A DNA stretch of 63,047 nt, the filler included, from Olpidium bornovanus S191 (taxonomy: Eukaryota > Fungi > Olpidiomycota), in assembly GCA_017911155.1 (NCBI GenBank). It is 31 parts of 31 records of this genome, joined end to end, with 100 filler letters (N's around TTAATTAATTAA, not from the genome) between each part and the next. Parts side by side here need not be neighbours in the genome. Positions count along the whole stretch, not along the records: positions 36,465 to 39,326 come from JAEFCI010001631.1; positions 39,427 to 40,937 come from JAEFCI010000169.1; positions 41,038 to 42,601 come from JAEFCI010007738.1; positions 42,702 to 46,151 come from JAEFCI010005312.1; positions 46,252 to 47,731 come from JAEFCI010010757.1; positions 47,832 to 49,562 come from JAEFCI010002659.1; 25 more parts are not named here. One strand, 5' to 3'. A model generated the notes under the pieces. That model was not told the origin of the DNA, did not search any database, and worked only from the letters and a program-made list of their open reading frames with translations. Position numbers and translations under genes: made by a program. Shown piece by piece: positions 37,465 to 49,252 of this stretch. How positions within the stretch are numbered: the first letter of the stretch is position 1; every line of letters begins with the position of its first letter.

Positions 37465-38948
37465 TTATATGGAGGCGACAGCAGCCAAGGACGCGGCGGC
37501 GAAGCCGAGCGTGCTGGCCGCGATCGTCGAAGCGCCGCTACTGAACTGCAGGTTGGTCGTGGTGCCGACGCGCGAGTTCGAAGGGGGTGTGGTGGTTGGG
37601 ACGGTGGTGTTTGGGGCCTTGGTGCCGTTGATGGGGTTGGTGGGGTTGGTGGCGTTGGTGGCTTTTTCGGCGTCCACGGTAGTGGATCCTCCGGCGGGCG
37701 CACCGGGAGTCAGGGCGCCCCCACCGGGAGCCGGGGCGTCCGCCTCTCTGTACGCGGGGACGGTGCCGCCGGCGCACTTGTCGGCCGTCACAAAGGTGAG
37801 ACCTTTGGCCTTGATGGCGGAGATGATTTTGGGCACCATTTCAACGGAGAACTTGTGGATGTCGTGCTGCAGGCTCACGTGGCCGGTCGTCTTCACGTCG
37901 GCGGCGCCGAGCGCGGTTGAGAAAGCGTCAAACGCCTTCGACTCGTCCGGCGTCCCGACGAAGCGCCAGTCGTTCGAGTCGACGTTCCTGCGATTCGGGA
38001 AAGGAAAAAAGGAAGAGGAAAAAAAATTAATAAACAATCAAACAGCCGCCTTTATCTGAAAATATAAACCGGAAAACAGGGCGCGGCCGCCAAATACAAG
38101 AGAACCAACAGCGGGCCCGCTCCCACTTACCACTGGGTAACGACGTAGCCGAGCTGCTTCATGGTGGCCGCGCAGGTGGCGCCGCAGTTGCCGAAGGGCG
38201 GGCGCATGTAATTGGGCGTCGCTCCGGTAATTGTCTTGAGCAGAGTTTCGGTGCGAGTCATCTGGTCCTGGATCTGAGCCGCAGTGAGCGTGTTCAAGTC
38301 GGAGTCTGAAAGACCGGTAATTGTGTGACGCGTTGCGGCCCACCACGCCAATTCGGTTAAAGATTCAAAGAAATTGGCCAAAAAAAAATCAATAACAAAA
38401 AAGAAACATTGAATTGTTTCTAAAGCTTACGGTCATAAGTGTGCGAGGCAATCTGGTGGCCGGCATCGAACGCTGCCTTGGTGGCCTTGGCCAGCTCGGC
38501 CTGTTCCAGCTGGACTCCCAGAACGAAGAAAGTGGCCGGCACGTTGGCGGTTTTCAACAACTGCAAAAGGGAGTTGGTGAACGGCGACGGCCCGTCGTCT
38601 GCTCGGGACCGAAGAAAAAGAAAAGAAAATACATTTTTGCTGTCAGTCACACATGACACTCTTTATTCCCCCAACAGCCCCTCTCCGGCCAGGCCATTGA
38701 CAAACATTCTCTCGTGAGGAAGCGGAGGGGAAAAGGGGGGAGGGGAGGGAAAGCGGGGAGCATGTGGGAGGGATGGGGAAGAGGAAAAGAGAGGAGGGGG
38801 CGCCGCGACACCTACCGAACGTAAGCGCCCACTGCCCAGGACCGCACTTGGTGACGAACGCGGAATTGGAGTCTTGAGCGGCGGCGAGGTTGTTGGAGCC
38901 AGCCAACAAGATCGCAGAAGCCGCGGAGATGAATGCTTGGGTCTTCAT
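37465..38948 (-). CDS. Secreted, probably GPI-anchored chitin deacetylase (CE4/NodB domain), 4 exons
   Basis: Signal peptide MKTQAFISAASAILLAG. All five CE4 motifs appear after splicing: TF|DDGP, HTYD|H, RPPFG, DSNDW, LQHD. Thr/Pro/Asn-rich stalk and hydrophobic tail GASTIAASTLGFAAASLAAVASI. Confidence 0.95.
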
Positions 38949-39427
38949 GGTTGTTGGTTTTCTTTCTGGTTGAAAAGAACTTTTTTGATATGACACCGTC
39001 AAAATGGTTGGTTTCTTTTTGAATAACACTTTTTGATATGACACCGTCAAATCAAAAAAAAATATTAGAGAATAATGATAGCGGCCAGCTGGCTATATGC
39101 AAAGAGAAAGCTGCGGACGGGGTACGGGGGTGAGCCCGGGAAGAACCCGTCCTTTTAAAGGCGGGGAAAGTTCGGCCCCGTGTGTGCGCCGGGGGGGGGG
39201 CCGCCCCGTCATGATTCTTTCTTTCTTTTTTTTTTTGTTTCGGATTCAAAATCCGCACGGCGCACCGCGGGTCGGCGACGGTTTAAGGGGGTAGAGGAGG
39301 ACCGCGCGCGTATTCTCCGATTGGTCNNNNNNNNNNNNNNNNNNNNNNNNNNNNNNNNNNNNNNNNNNNNTTAATTAATTAANNNNNNNNNNNNNNNNNN
39401 NNNNNNNNNNNNNNNNNNNNNNNNNNC

Positions 39428-39911
39428 ATGAAGTTCGCCACCTTCGCCCTCTTCGCCCTGGCCGTCGTCGGCGCCGCCGTTTTCGTCGCCGCCGCCCCCG
39501 TCGCGCAGCCTGGACTCGGCGGCTACGGCAAGAACTTGAAGAACGCCAACCACCAGAACGCCGCAGTCAAAAAGAACGCCCACGCGGCCGCCGCGAACAA
39601 GAAGTTCGACCACAACAAGGACATCAACCAGGGGTAAAATTTGCCCTGATCCCACCCCCCTCCCATTTCCCGGCTTTCGTCCGGCGGCGTCCTTCGCTGA
39701 CCGCCCCCACCCCCCCCCCCTTGTTCCTCCGCCCCGGGACGCGCTTTTTTCCAGCTTCGCCTACAACCAGGTCAAGAAGGACACGCACAAGAAGAACAAC
39801 GCGGCAAAGAAGAACTACAACAACGCCGCGAAGAAGAGCGACAAGAAGGCCAGCCACTACAACAACTTCGGCTTCCCCGGCTACAAAGGCAAGGGCTACG
39901 GCTACTACTGA
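39428..39911 (+). CDS. Small secreted Lys/Asn/Tyr-rich protein, 120 aa (exons 39428-39633, 39755-39911)
   Basis: Signal peptide MKFATFALFALAVVGAAVFVAA, very high third-position GC, and a frame-preserving GT-AG intron. Product has seven KK pairs and ends YNNFGFPGYKGKGYGYY*. Confidence 0.88.
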
Positions 39912-40281
39912 GATCGATAGAGCGAGAGAGATAAAGAAAGAGAGAGAGCGATGGGAGAAATTATTTTTTTAAATAAGCCGCGGTATATATATATATGTAT
40001 ATTTGCGGCGAGCGAGAGGAAACGGCCGGAATGCAAACCGCGCGCCGTCCCCGCCCTCTCCTCTTTCCTTCCCCCTCCCCCCCCCCTCCACCCCAACCTC
40101 GCGACTTTTTCTGTAAGCCAAAATTGAACCCGCGTGACGCGGACGGTGCACCCGGCCGTTCGTTTTTTGTTGAGAGGGGGGGGGGGGGGGGGGAAGGGCC
40201 ATCCGGCGGTCCGTTTTTGGGAGTGAATTCGGCCTTCCGCGTGGAAGGGGGGGGGGTGGTTCCGACCGTGTCAAACGCGTT

Positions 40282-40525
40282 CGGAGTATAAACGCCCAGA
40301 CCGGTAAAATTGGCTCCGTTCACCGGCAGGCCAGTGGCAATCGAGTTGTCGTCGGAGTATAAACACTCGGGACGGGGTAAAATTAGGGCCGGCGGGAACC
40401 AAGTCTTGTCGGAGTATAAACGCACGGACGCGGTAAAATCAGCTGTATTTCCCGGTCGGCCATTGGCAAAGGAGTCTCGTATCGGGGGATGAATGCCCGG
40501 ACGCGGGGTAAAATCAGCTCCATTC
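40282..40525. repeat. Degenerate intergenic repeat CGGAGTATAAAC-N6/7-GAC-(G/C)1-3-GGTAAAAT, 3 full copies plus 1 partial
   Basis: CGGAGTATAAAC at 40282, 40353 and 40410, with a partial unit near 40497-40525. Confidence 0.75.
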
Positions 40526-41126
40526 CCCAGGCCGGCCATCAGGGCGTTTTTTTAGTCCGCCTGCGGGCGCCCCGCGACGCCCACGACGGCGTTTGACGGC
40601 AGTGTTGGGGCGGTGTAACGTAAAACAGAAGCCTCCAGACGTGCGGTTGGTTTCGCCTCTCGATAGGCAAGGACAGGCTGAGACTGTCGTGCTCGCATTT
40701 TAGCATGGCGGAGGAGCTGCCGGAGCCGGCGTGCGCGGACGCCCTCCAAAAAACAGGTGGCAGATCGGATCACGTGACCCGCAGAATTAGAATGCGCGAG
40801 GACCTCCACACACACACCCCCCCCCGGCCCCCTTCAGCCCCGTCGCAGGCCTCTCGCGACGCGAACCGGCCCGCCCGCCCGAAATAGAATCGAAAATCCA
40901 AAGCAAACAAAAAAAAACTTGCAACGCGACTCTCTTCNNNNNNNNNNNNNNNNNNNNNNNNNNNNNNNNNNNNNNNNNNNNTTAATTAATTAANNNNNNN
41001 NNNNNNNNNNNNNNNNNNNNNNNNNNNNNNNNNNNNNCCGGGCGGGCATTATTTTTCAAAGAAAAAGCCACCAAAAGACGCCGGTTGTTTTCGATCTTTC
41101 CGCTGGGAAATAAATCTGAAACGCAC

Positions 41127-42601
41127 CGAGGAGGTTGCACCCCGTGCCGAAAAACATGCCGTCCGTGTACCGGTTTAGGGCGACGCAGAGCTTCTGGGAA
41201 ACCACGTAGAGGCAAACCTGGGCCATCACGGCGAACGAAGTGCCGAAGAGTATGTCGCCTTTTGTTGCGGGAAAAGGAGAGGAGGGGGGCGGGTGAGGCC
41301 AACGTTTGGCAAACTAGCTCAAGTCGAAAAACGCGAAGAGGAATTTCCGAAACGATATCCCTCGTCGGCGGCGCCGTGGCCCCCGCCTCGCGTCCAAGAA
41401 TGTGGCTCGACAAAACTTGAAACAAAAGAAACAGCCCTGCTTGCGGCGCTCACCGAGCGGCCACCGGTCCTCCAGCGTGTTGACGACCAGCACGATCTGC
41501 AGGACGACGTACAGGACCAGGGCGGCGCCGTGGAACACGAAGTACAGGAGCCAGAGGGCCGCAGGCGACGACTTCCGGAAGCCAGACCACTCGTTGAAGG
41601 TCGCGGCGGCGACGAAGAGCCCCACGATGAAAACCAGCGCGGAAGAGATCCGCACCGACCAGACGGACTTCGACGTCCCGTCCTCGGCAAACTGGAACCC
41701 GACCAGCCCGTTGAGGAGCAGACACCAGCATGCGGCGGACACCAGGCCGACGTGCGCCGCCGCGACGCTCTTAACGTGATTTTTTTTTTTTTTTTTTTTT
41801 TGGTTTGCCGGTCGGACGAATGCGGCGCACCCCAGGAGGCCAGGAAGACGTGAAATTAGCTCGGATTTGATTTTGCGGTCGAGGAGCGAGGGAGAGGAAA
41901 AAACGGGAGAAAAGAATTAAACGCGACGTACGGGGTACGCAAAACTGCCCATCGGTATCAAGTTCCCGTCTACGAGCATGCCGGTGATTGTCACGGCCAT
42001 GTACAAGTAGAAGAACGTGGCGATTTCCTTTCTCCCTGTGGGGCCGATAAAAAAAGTAATTTGGAAATAGTTTTCGTCCGCGAACATTCGAACCCCTTCC
42101 CCCTTTCTCCCCACCCCACACAAACACGAGCCGCGCTTGAAAACGCGCAGCAAACACGCGCCGCTCTCCCTCTCTCACCGACGGCCGTGTACTTCGCTTT
42201 GATGTTCATGATCATGATCACCGTCATGATCACCGCAACAACGTGCACTATCAGCGTCGCTGGAGAGAAAAAATGAAGAAAAGAAAGGGAGCGTTTAATG
42301 TTCCGGTTCCGCCGGAAGGGCATGGGGGCGGTGGGCAAAGATTTCAGAGAGATAGCAAAGTGTCGGAGGTCCCTCTCGGGCGGTAACGTCGGGAGCAGCG
42401 GGTGGGCGGGGCGGAACAAGGGCGGGAAAAAAATGCGCCTGGATTTTTTTTTTCGTATTTTTTGGTTGTTTCCGGAGAAAAAAAAAAAAAAAACAGTAAC
42501 AGGAGAGAAAACCGACGGCGCGAAACCGACATATTTGGAGCACCGGGTAGCCGAAGACCAGCATGCTGCGCGCGTAGCATTTTGGCGTCGTGCCTTCCGC
42601 G
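41127..42601 (-). CDS. CHS7: Chitin synthase export chaperone Chs7, truncated at both ends
   Basis: Exons give PKCYARS, MIMNIKAKYTAV|GRKEIATFFYLY, AAAHVGLVSAACWCLLLNGLVGFQFAEDGT, YVVLQIVLVVNTLEDRWPL|GDILFG, RYTDGMFFGTGCNLL. Confidence 0.96.
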
Positions 42602-43068
42602 NNNNNNNNNNNNNNNNNNNNNNNNNNNNNNNNNNNNNNNNNNNNTTAATTAATTAANNNNNNNNNNNNNNNNNNNNNNNNNNNNNNNNNNNNNNNNNNN
42701 NCATGGCCGAGTTCTGCGCGCATAGCAAGCAGGAGGACTGACTCGGAAGACAGTTTCTACTTAGTTGGACGTCCTGAAAGAATAGTTTGACGCCGCGGTG
42801 CGTTTTTGATAAGCAAGAAGAGTGTGTGGATTGATGGTTCTTACCAGGCTGATGTCCAAAGGAAATGTCGCCGAAATTGTGAACGGACTGGACGGTCTCG
42901 ACGTGAAATTCACCAAGCAACAATGACCAAAACGGCGGGGTTTTGCCTTCAACATGGCTGTTACCGTATCCTACTCCCCGCTGGGAGTACTTCCCCTCTC
43001 AAAATAAAAAAAAAATAAAAAAAAAAAGAGGGGGAGGAGAGTGTCGCACGGTTTGTGCGCGCCGGGAG

Positions 43069-43103
<35 letters not shown>

Positions 43104-43145
43104 GGCGGAGAAAAAGGGCTAGGGGAAGAGGGACGCGGGCGGCGC

Positions 43146-45960
43146 ATGAGCATACGCGCCGGCGGCGGCGCTGCTCCCGCGAAGACGGAAACGGCCGCCG
43201 CGGCGGGCGGCGCCGGCGAGCCGCCGCAGCCGTCGCCGCCGCCGCACCGCCGCGGCCACCACGGCCACGACTACGACCACCACGGCGTCCGGCGGCGGCA
43301 GGGCCCCGACGCGAACCGCGGCCGCGGGCTCCAGCAGCAGCAGCAGCAGCTATTGCTGCAGCCGCGCGCGCGGCCGGAAGCCGACGACCGCGGTGCCGCC
43401 GCCGAGGAGAGGTTCCAAAGGCTCTTGCGGTACTGGCCACGGCTGGAGCGCGCGTTTTTTTTTCTGCAAACGCAACCACACCCCCTCTCCACGCCCTTCC
43501 TCCTCTTCCCGCACTCACGGTTCTTTTTTTTTTTTTGCCGGTCTCTCCAAAGTGAGGCGATGGCCGTCGAGGAAGCTCTCGCGAGAGACCCCCCCGGGTC
43601 CGCCCAGGCCGCCGCCGCGTACATCGCCGCCGACAGCCCGGACGACGCTGCCGCCCAGGACGCGTGGCGCCGCGGCCACGAGCGGAAGCTGGAAAGCGCG
43701 CGGTTTGGTTTTCCGTCTTTTTTTTTTTCCGCCCCCGCCTGGCTATCCTCCGCTCCCTCGCGACTTCCCCGCGCGGGTTCCCAGCGTGAAGAGGGCGCAG
43801 TGCGAGCTCTGTCTCACCCCTTCGTTTGGCGTTGTTGCCTTTCCTTCTCCCACCCCTCCTGCCCCCCTCCCCCCCCCGATGCCGCTTGTGTTACCCCGTA
43901 GCCTGAAGGTGGGCGGTGCGCCGTGACGTGAAACAGGTGCCGTTTCCCGATCTGCCCGGCTGACCTCACGTTTCCGTCCGCAGGGCTTGTACGCGTCCCT
44001 CATTGTTGACAATGTCGACTGGGCCGCGCAGAGCGGGTTGGACGAACGTCTCTGGCGGGTATTTCACTCTCGCAGTCAGGAGCTCCGGGCGGTCCTGAGA
44101 CAGGTACGGGGTGCCCGGGCCGCGCTTGAACGGTCCGGCCGACGGTAACCGCCAGGTCGAAAGTGTAACCGGCGGAGGGAAAAGGTGAAAACCCCCGGTC
44201 AACCCCCCCTCCCTTGTCCGCCGCGCAGAATTTGCCGCCGCAGGCCGCGGAGCGCGCCCGCCACGATTTGTTCGAACACGTCGACGTCGGCATCGGGTTT
44301 TACCATCGCTTGGTGGAGAACCTGAGGATCTTTGCTCTCGATCCGACGGATTCCGGTAAATCGGCCGAGGGCGACGGGACCTCGACTTTTGACCTCGTGG
44401 CCGTGGAAAATTGGGAATGCAGCCTGGTGGGCGCCGGCGAGGCCGTCGGTGAGCAACTTTTTTTTTTGTTCAGCAGCGCCCAAGTCTTTCAATAACTTTT
44501 TTGCGGTGGGCCCGCGAGGGGACGGGTTTTTGAACCGGTTTCGTTTTTTGTTGTCGATCCTGGTTTTTGCGCTCTGCGTCGGTTTTTTTCCGCCGCCGGC
44601 CGTGACAGAGCACTATCGGACCGTCAGCCGCTTTAGAGACACCGCGACCATTGCCGCCGTCGCCGCAGTCCAACGGGCGGTGATTTCTCTGGGCGATCTC
44701 GCCCGCTACCGGGATTCCGTCAGATCGGTCGAGGTCAACGGGACGCCGGAAGGTGCCAGGTCCGATCTCCGGCTCGCGGAACTGTACTACGAGAAGGCCA
44801 GGCGCGTGTGGTCCGATAACGGTGGGGGGTTGTGGGGGGTTTCGGGCCCGCTTCTTTTTAGAAAAAAGTGTTGGCGCCAAGCCGGCAGCGTTGCTGGTGA
44901 ATTTTTTTCCCTTCCACGTTTGCTAAATTTGCATCCGCACGACAGGAAGAGCTCAGGCGCAGCTTGCTTTTGTCGCGGACGCCCGGGGGAACAGCATCGA
45001 TGTCGTCTATTGGCATGTCATCAGGTTGGCCGTTTTTTCCGCGTCCTCGCCCCTCCGCGGCTCCCTCGAGAACTGAACCTTCTTTTGAACGTTCCGAAGC
45101 CTGTGCGTGAAACGCCCGTCCACAATAAGCGAGGACAATCTTCGGAAATTCTACTCCCGTTTCAACCCGGCCGAATCCTCGGAAGCAGGAAACGCAGGCG
45201 CCGCGGGCCCGGCCGGTGAAGGGGACGGTGGCGCGGAGGACGCCAGTTCCCACAAGGCTTTTCAACGGTTTACCGAGCTGGCCCTCCATGTCCATCGCCA
45301 TGCGCTCTACGACGGGTGAGCCTCAGATGTTATGGAAATGATTGAGCCATTTTCCGTCGAATTTTTTTTCCCACCCTCTTTCCCCCGCAGTTTACCAACG
45401 AACCGAATATTGTCGCCGTGTGCCTGTATCCTAGGGGCGAGAAGAGCAACCCGCCGGCCGCGGAAGCGATCGCGTGTCTCCAACTGTTCTTCACTTCCTT
45501 GGCGGCGGCCGACATGCCGACGGTTCTTGCTAATGCGGTGCGGGACGCGCTGTGCAAGCTGGTGGTGGTTTTCGGCGTTACTGTCTGGTTCCTTCAAGAA
45601 AAGGTCAGGTGCCATCAAGGTGCGCGCAGGTCTGCTTCGGCTTTTTTTGGGCACGCCAACCGGCGCGAATTAAACGGCGCCGCGCACTCCTTATTCCAGA
45701 CGATCCCGGGACTCTGCGAAGCTTCCGCTCCAGGCAGACCCTCGCCTTGTCGTTCGGCTTTGACGTGTGCCGCGTCATTCTCGACGCGGTCGTCTTACAG
45801 GCCGGCGCGTCCGCCGAGGAGGACGATGCCGAGAACGCGCCGCTTGCAGCGAATCCACGTGTGTTCCTTGCCGCGTCCGCGTCCGAGCTGCTCGCGCCTG
45901 CAGCCCTCTGGGCAGATCTGTGCAACTCCAACGCCACCCTGATTGCGCAGCTGGTCACGC
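43146..45960 (+). CDS. Est1/Ebs1/SMG5-7 family TPR protein, 3' truncated
   Basis: DERLWRVFH, GIGFYHRLV, VISLGDLARYR, AELYYEKARRVWSDN|GRAQAQLAFVA...DVVYWH and SEDNLRKFY match the EST1 DNA/RNA-binding domain consensus. Confidence 0.85.
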
Positions 45961-46919
45961 TTGCCGACAGCCCTCGCCCGTGCACGTCGCCTGTTCCTGG
46001 GCACGGCGATCGCGCCGGAAAGGGCGAGGAGACGTTAAAGAAGGTGGGGACGTCAAAACCACCCCCTCTCCTCATTCTTTGCCGATCTCTTTATTTTTTG
46101 AAGTTCGAGCAAAGCCCGAATGGAGGAAATGGGGTGGGGGGGGGGCGGGGGNNNNNNNNNNNNNNNNNNNNNNNNNNNNNNNNNNNNNNNNNNNNTTAAT
46201 TAATTAANNNNNNNNNNNNNNNNNNNNNNNNNNNNNNNNNNNNNNNNNNNNCATGCCGGCAGAGTTACTTACCGGTGCACGGCCTCCGTTTCCGGTGGAC
46301 TCGGAGATCCTTAGCTGGGCAGGGTTGCCTTGGACAGACAATTGTTCCACGGAGGACCTGGTGGCAATTCGGATCAGGCAGTTGGAAAGACGGGAGTCAG
46401 ATTATATGTCTGTTCCAACGTCGTGAAGGAACGCTCGACGTCAGACCGTTGGTGAAGCCACGTGACGAAGATGGTGCGGACCTGGGGGCGGAAAACAGCC
46501 TAAACAGCCAATTCTAAGGAGTTTTTGCATGCTTGAACTACGGATGCCCTGATTCCTCGTCAAGGATACGTAGGCAGTCTATGATCGTTGAATATTCATC
46601 GGGAGACGCGGGATAAAAGAAACTGTTGCGGCCTGGGACGTGGCAGGATGCTAGGGAGGCGCACTCGGGACCGGACCATGCTCGCTCATCGATCACGTCT
46701 GCTGTTAGTGCTATCTGCGGCGTTATAGATGGTTGGGTCGACGAGTGGGAGCGTGGCGCCCCGAGACGCTAAACGTCGAGATAAATGCAATGAGAGAGCT
46801 CGACGACCAAACTATGATTGTCAAATTCCAAAACTTAATTTTGAAATTCCGTACATAACTTGCGGTTACTTTCTCTGATTTTTTTTATTTATTACGCCAA
46901 GCAAGAGAACGGAAGGGGG

Positions 46920-47731
46920 CTACAGAGCAGTGGGAGAATCAGCTGACGACGCAACGGACGCCGATGCGCCGCCATTGGGTGGGGCCGGAGAAGATCCGCC
47001 GGGAAACAGGGCCGACGAGGAAGACCCGCTGGTAGACGACGAAGTGGGCAGGGACAACAAGGAATTGGTGGAGGTTGTGGGCGCAGAAGCCGATGAGGTG
47101 GAGCCCGACGACGAAGGGACGACAGCGCCGGTTGTCCGCGACCACGTGGAACGAAGCCCGCTGGGGGCGGTGGCAGAAGCGATCCGGCGGCTTGTTGAGG
47201 AGGTGGAGGTAGAACCAGAAGCTGGCGGAACGACGGCACTTCTGGTTGCTGACGCGGGGGCGTGTCTGGCGCAAGTCTGTGACCGTGTGATGCGGTCCAT
47301 AGGAGGCGGGGCACTCTCGTTCCCGCCACCTCCCTCAGGATTGTTGTCGTCGTCACGCGAAACGTCCCGCCAAACGTCTGAGAAGAGGAAGTTTCGTGAG
47401 CGCGTTTGACCCTGATCAACCCTGGACATGTCAATAGGAGGGTCCTCCTGCGCAACAGCGAGCCGACAGAGGAAATTATAGGACTCGGCACTTTGGCGAA
47501 GCTCGGGAAACCAGGAGTTCCGGGCACGGGGAGAGATAGCTGCCGGGGCATCGTCAGGGAGCTCGGCGTCCGGTTGTGGCAAGGAGACCGGGCGCATGAG
47601 AACACGGACCTGAATATAACTGTCATCGGTGACGGGGGGCGGGACACGGATCGTAGTCGCGATCCTCAGGGCCACCAGGACCACAGTATTGCGTGTCTGA
47701 CGGCAGGAACAGGAATTCCAGGTCGCGGGGA
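46920..47731 (-). CDS. Hypothetical protein with Ser/Thr-rich C-terminus, 5' truncated
   Basis: 254-codon ORF ending in S/T/A/P-rich sequence. No hydrophobic GPI tail and no known domain. Confidence 0.45.
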
Positions 47732-47910
47732 NNNNNNNNNNNNNNNNNNNNNNNNNNNNNNNNNNNNNNNNNNNNTTAATTAATTAANNNNNNNNNNNNN
47801 NNNNNNNNNNNNNNNNNNNNNNNNNNNNNNNCCCTCGGCGGCGGGGGAGATAAATAATTGACCCGCCCCGCCGCCGCCGCCGCTGGCCGTCCTCCTCCGT
47901 GTCCCTCGCG

Positions 47911-47947
<37 letters not shown>

Positions 47948-48084
47948 GCCGCGTGTCAGCCTCGCCGTCCCTGCCGTCGTCGTGTCGGGCGTTCTCCAAC
48001 CCTACCCCGCGAGAAGGATACGTAAGCACCGACAAACATCCCCCCCCCGCGGGGCCCGCGCGAGCCCGTTCCTCCAAGCGAACA

Positions 48085-49252
48085 ATGCTCGCCAACAGGG
48101 CGCTCTGCGCCGCCTTCGTCGTGCTCGGTGCTTTTGCCGCCACCGGCCGCGCTTTCACGTACCAGGTGGCACCGTCCAGGTGAGAACTGAGCGCCTCCCG
48201 GCCCCCGTCGGCCAAGGAAAATTCAAGCACTCCCTTCGTCCTTCGAAGATGCGGGAAAAAATTCCTGATGCACTCAGCAAAAAAAAAAAAAAAAAAAAAT
48301 TGCTCCCGCGTCCACCCTCAGCAACCAGATCCTCGAGGCCAGCGGAGGGCTGCTCGTGCGCTGGGAGAACAGGCCGGGAAACAGCCCCGACAGCATGGAC
48401 GTCCCGGTCCCCTCGCACGTGACGGTGAACCTGGGTTATAGAAAGGGCGACCAGGCCGTGTGAGTCCAAATTTCTTTTTTCCTACATCCTCTTGTTTTTG
48501 GTTTCTTTCTTGTTTTGGTTCTTTTCTTACTTGTTTTTTGTTTTAAATTTATTTTTCTGCTTTTTTGGTCTTTTTGTGCTTTTTGGTTTTTTTTGTCGCG
48601 TCCCTCACCAAATTTCCCGTCTATTCTGCCATCTGCCATAGTCTGCTCTACCCGCCGCTTAGCGGTACCACCAGCACCGTGGCTGTTTCTGATCGCATGT
48701 TTTCGTGGAAGCCGATGAACTTTGGAATGTTCGAGAGTAAGCTCGATCAACCTTGATCAAAGCGATCGTTCTCCCCACGCCGTTTGACAAAATTTAACCC
48801 GCCGCCCCACCCGCACCCACCTTCCTCCTCCAGCGACGGAGCCTCTACCTCCCCGTGATATGAAGACCCAGTGGTTCATCCAGCTGAGGGACCAGGACTC
48901 CGGCTATATCAGCAACGGAAACCTGTTCCAAATTCGTGATGGCTCGGGAGGGACCGCCGGCATCTCGGCGCCTGCGTTTGCCGGCTCGTCGGCTCCCCAG
49001 CAGGCTGCACCCGCCGCGCCCGCGCCCGCCCCGAGCAGCCCGGTCGCGAACAATGTCGCCGCGTCCGCCGCCGCTCCCGCCGCCGCTCCCGCCACCAGCT
49101 CTTTTCCGGGCGCAGCACCCGCGTCTAACCCCTCCTCGACCGTCTCACAGGGCGCGGGTCGCAGTGCCGGCACCGCCCTCACCGCAGTGTCCGTCGCTCT
49201 GGCGGCTCCCCTCGGCGCCGTAACCGTCCTCCTCTACTCCGCATCGTGTTAG
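48085..49252 (+). CDS. Secreted Ser/Ala/Pro-rich, probably GPI-anchored surface protein, 4 exons
   Basis: Signal peptide MLANRALCAAFVVLGAFAATGRA, a ~100-aa beta-rich domain (LLVRWEN...VTVNLGY...FSWKP...WFIQLRD...GNLFQI), an A/P/S stalk and a hydrophobic tail ALTAVSVALAAPLGAVTVLLY. All three GT-AG introns keep the frame. Confidence 0.8.

Noticed and set aside
39961-40539. 192-aa minus-strand ORF with ADFT/LYSD repeats
   Set aside because: The repeats derive from the DNA motif CGGAGTATAAAC...GGTAAAAT, there is no codon bias, and the ORF runs into homopolymers. Treated as a non-coding repeat.
28665-42601. Apparent chitin cluster (motor-domain chitin synthase, chitin deacetylase, CHS7)
   Set aside because: The three genes are on separate contigs joined by artificial spacers, so there is no evidence of physical linkage.
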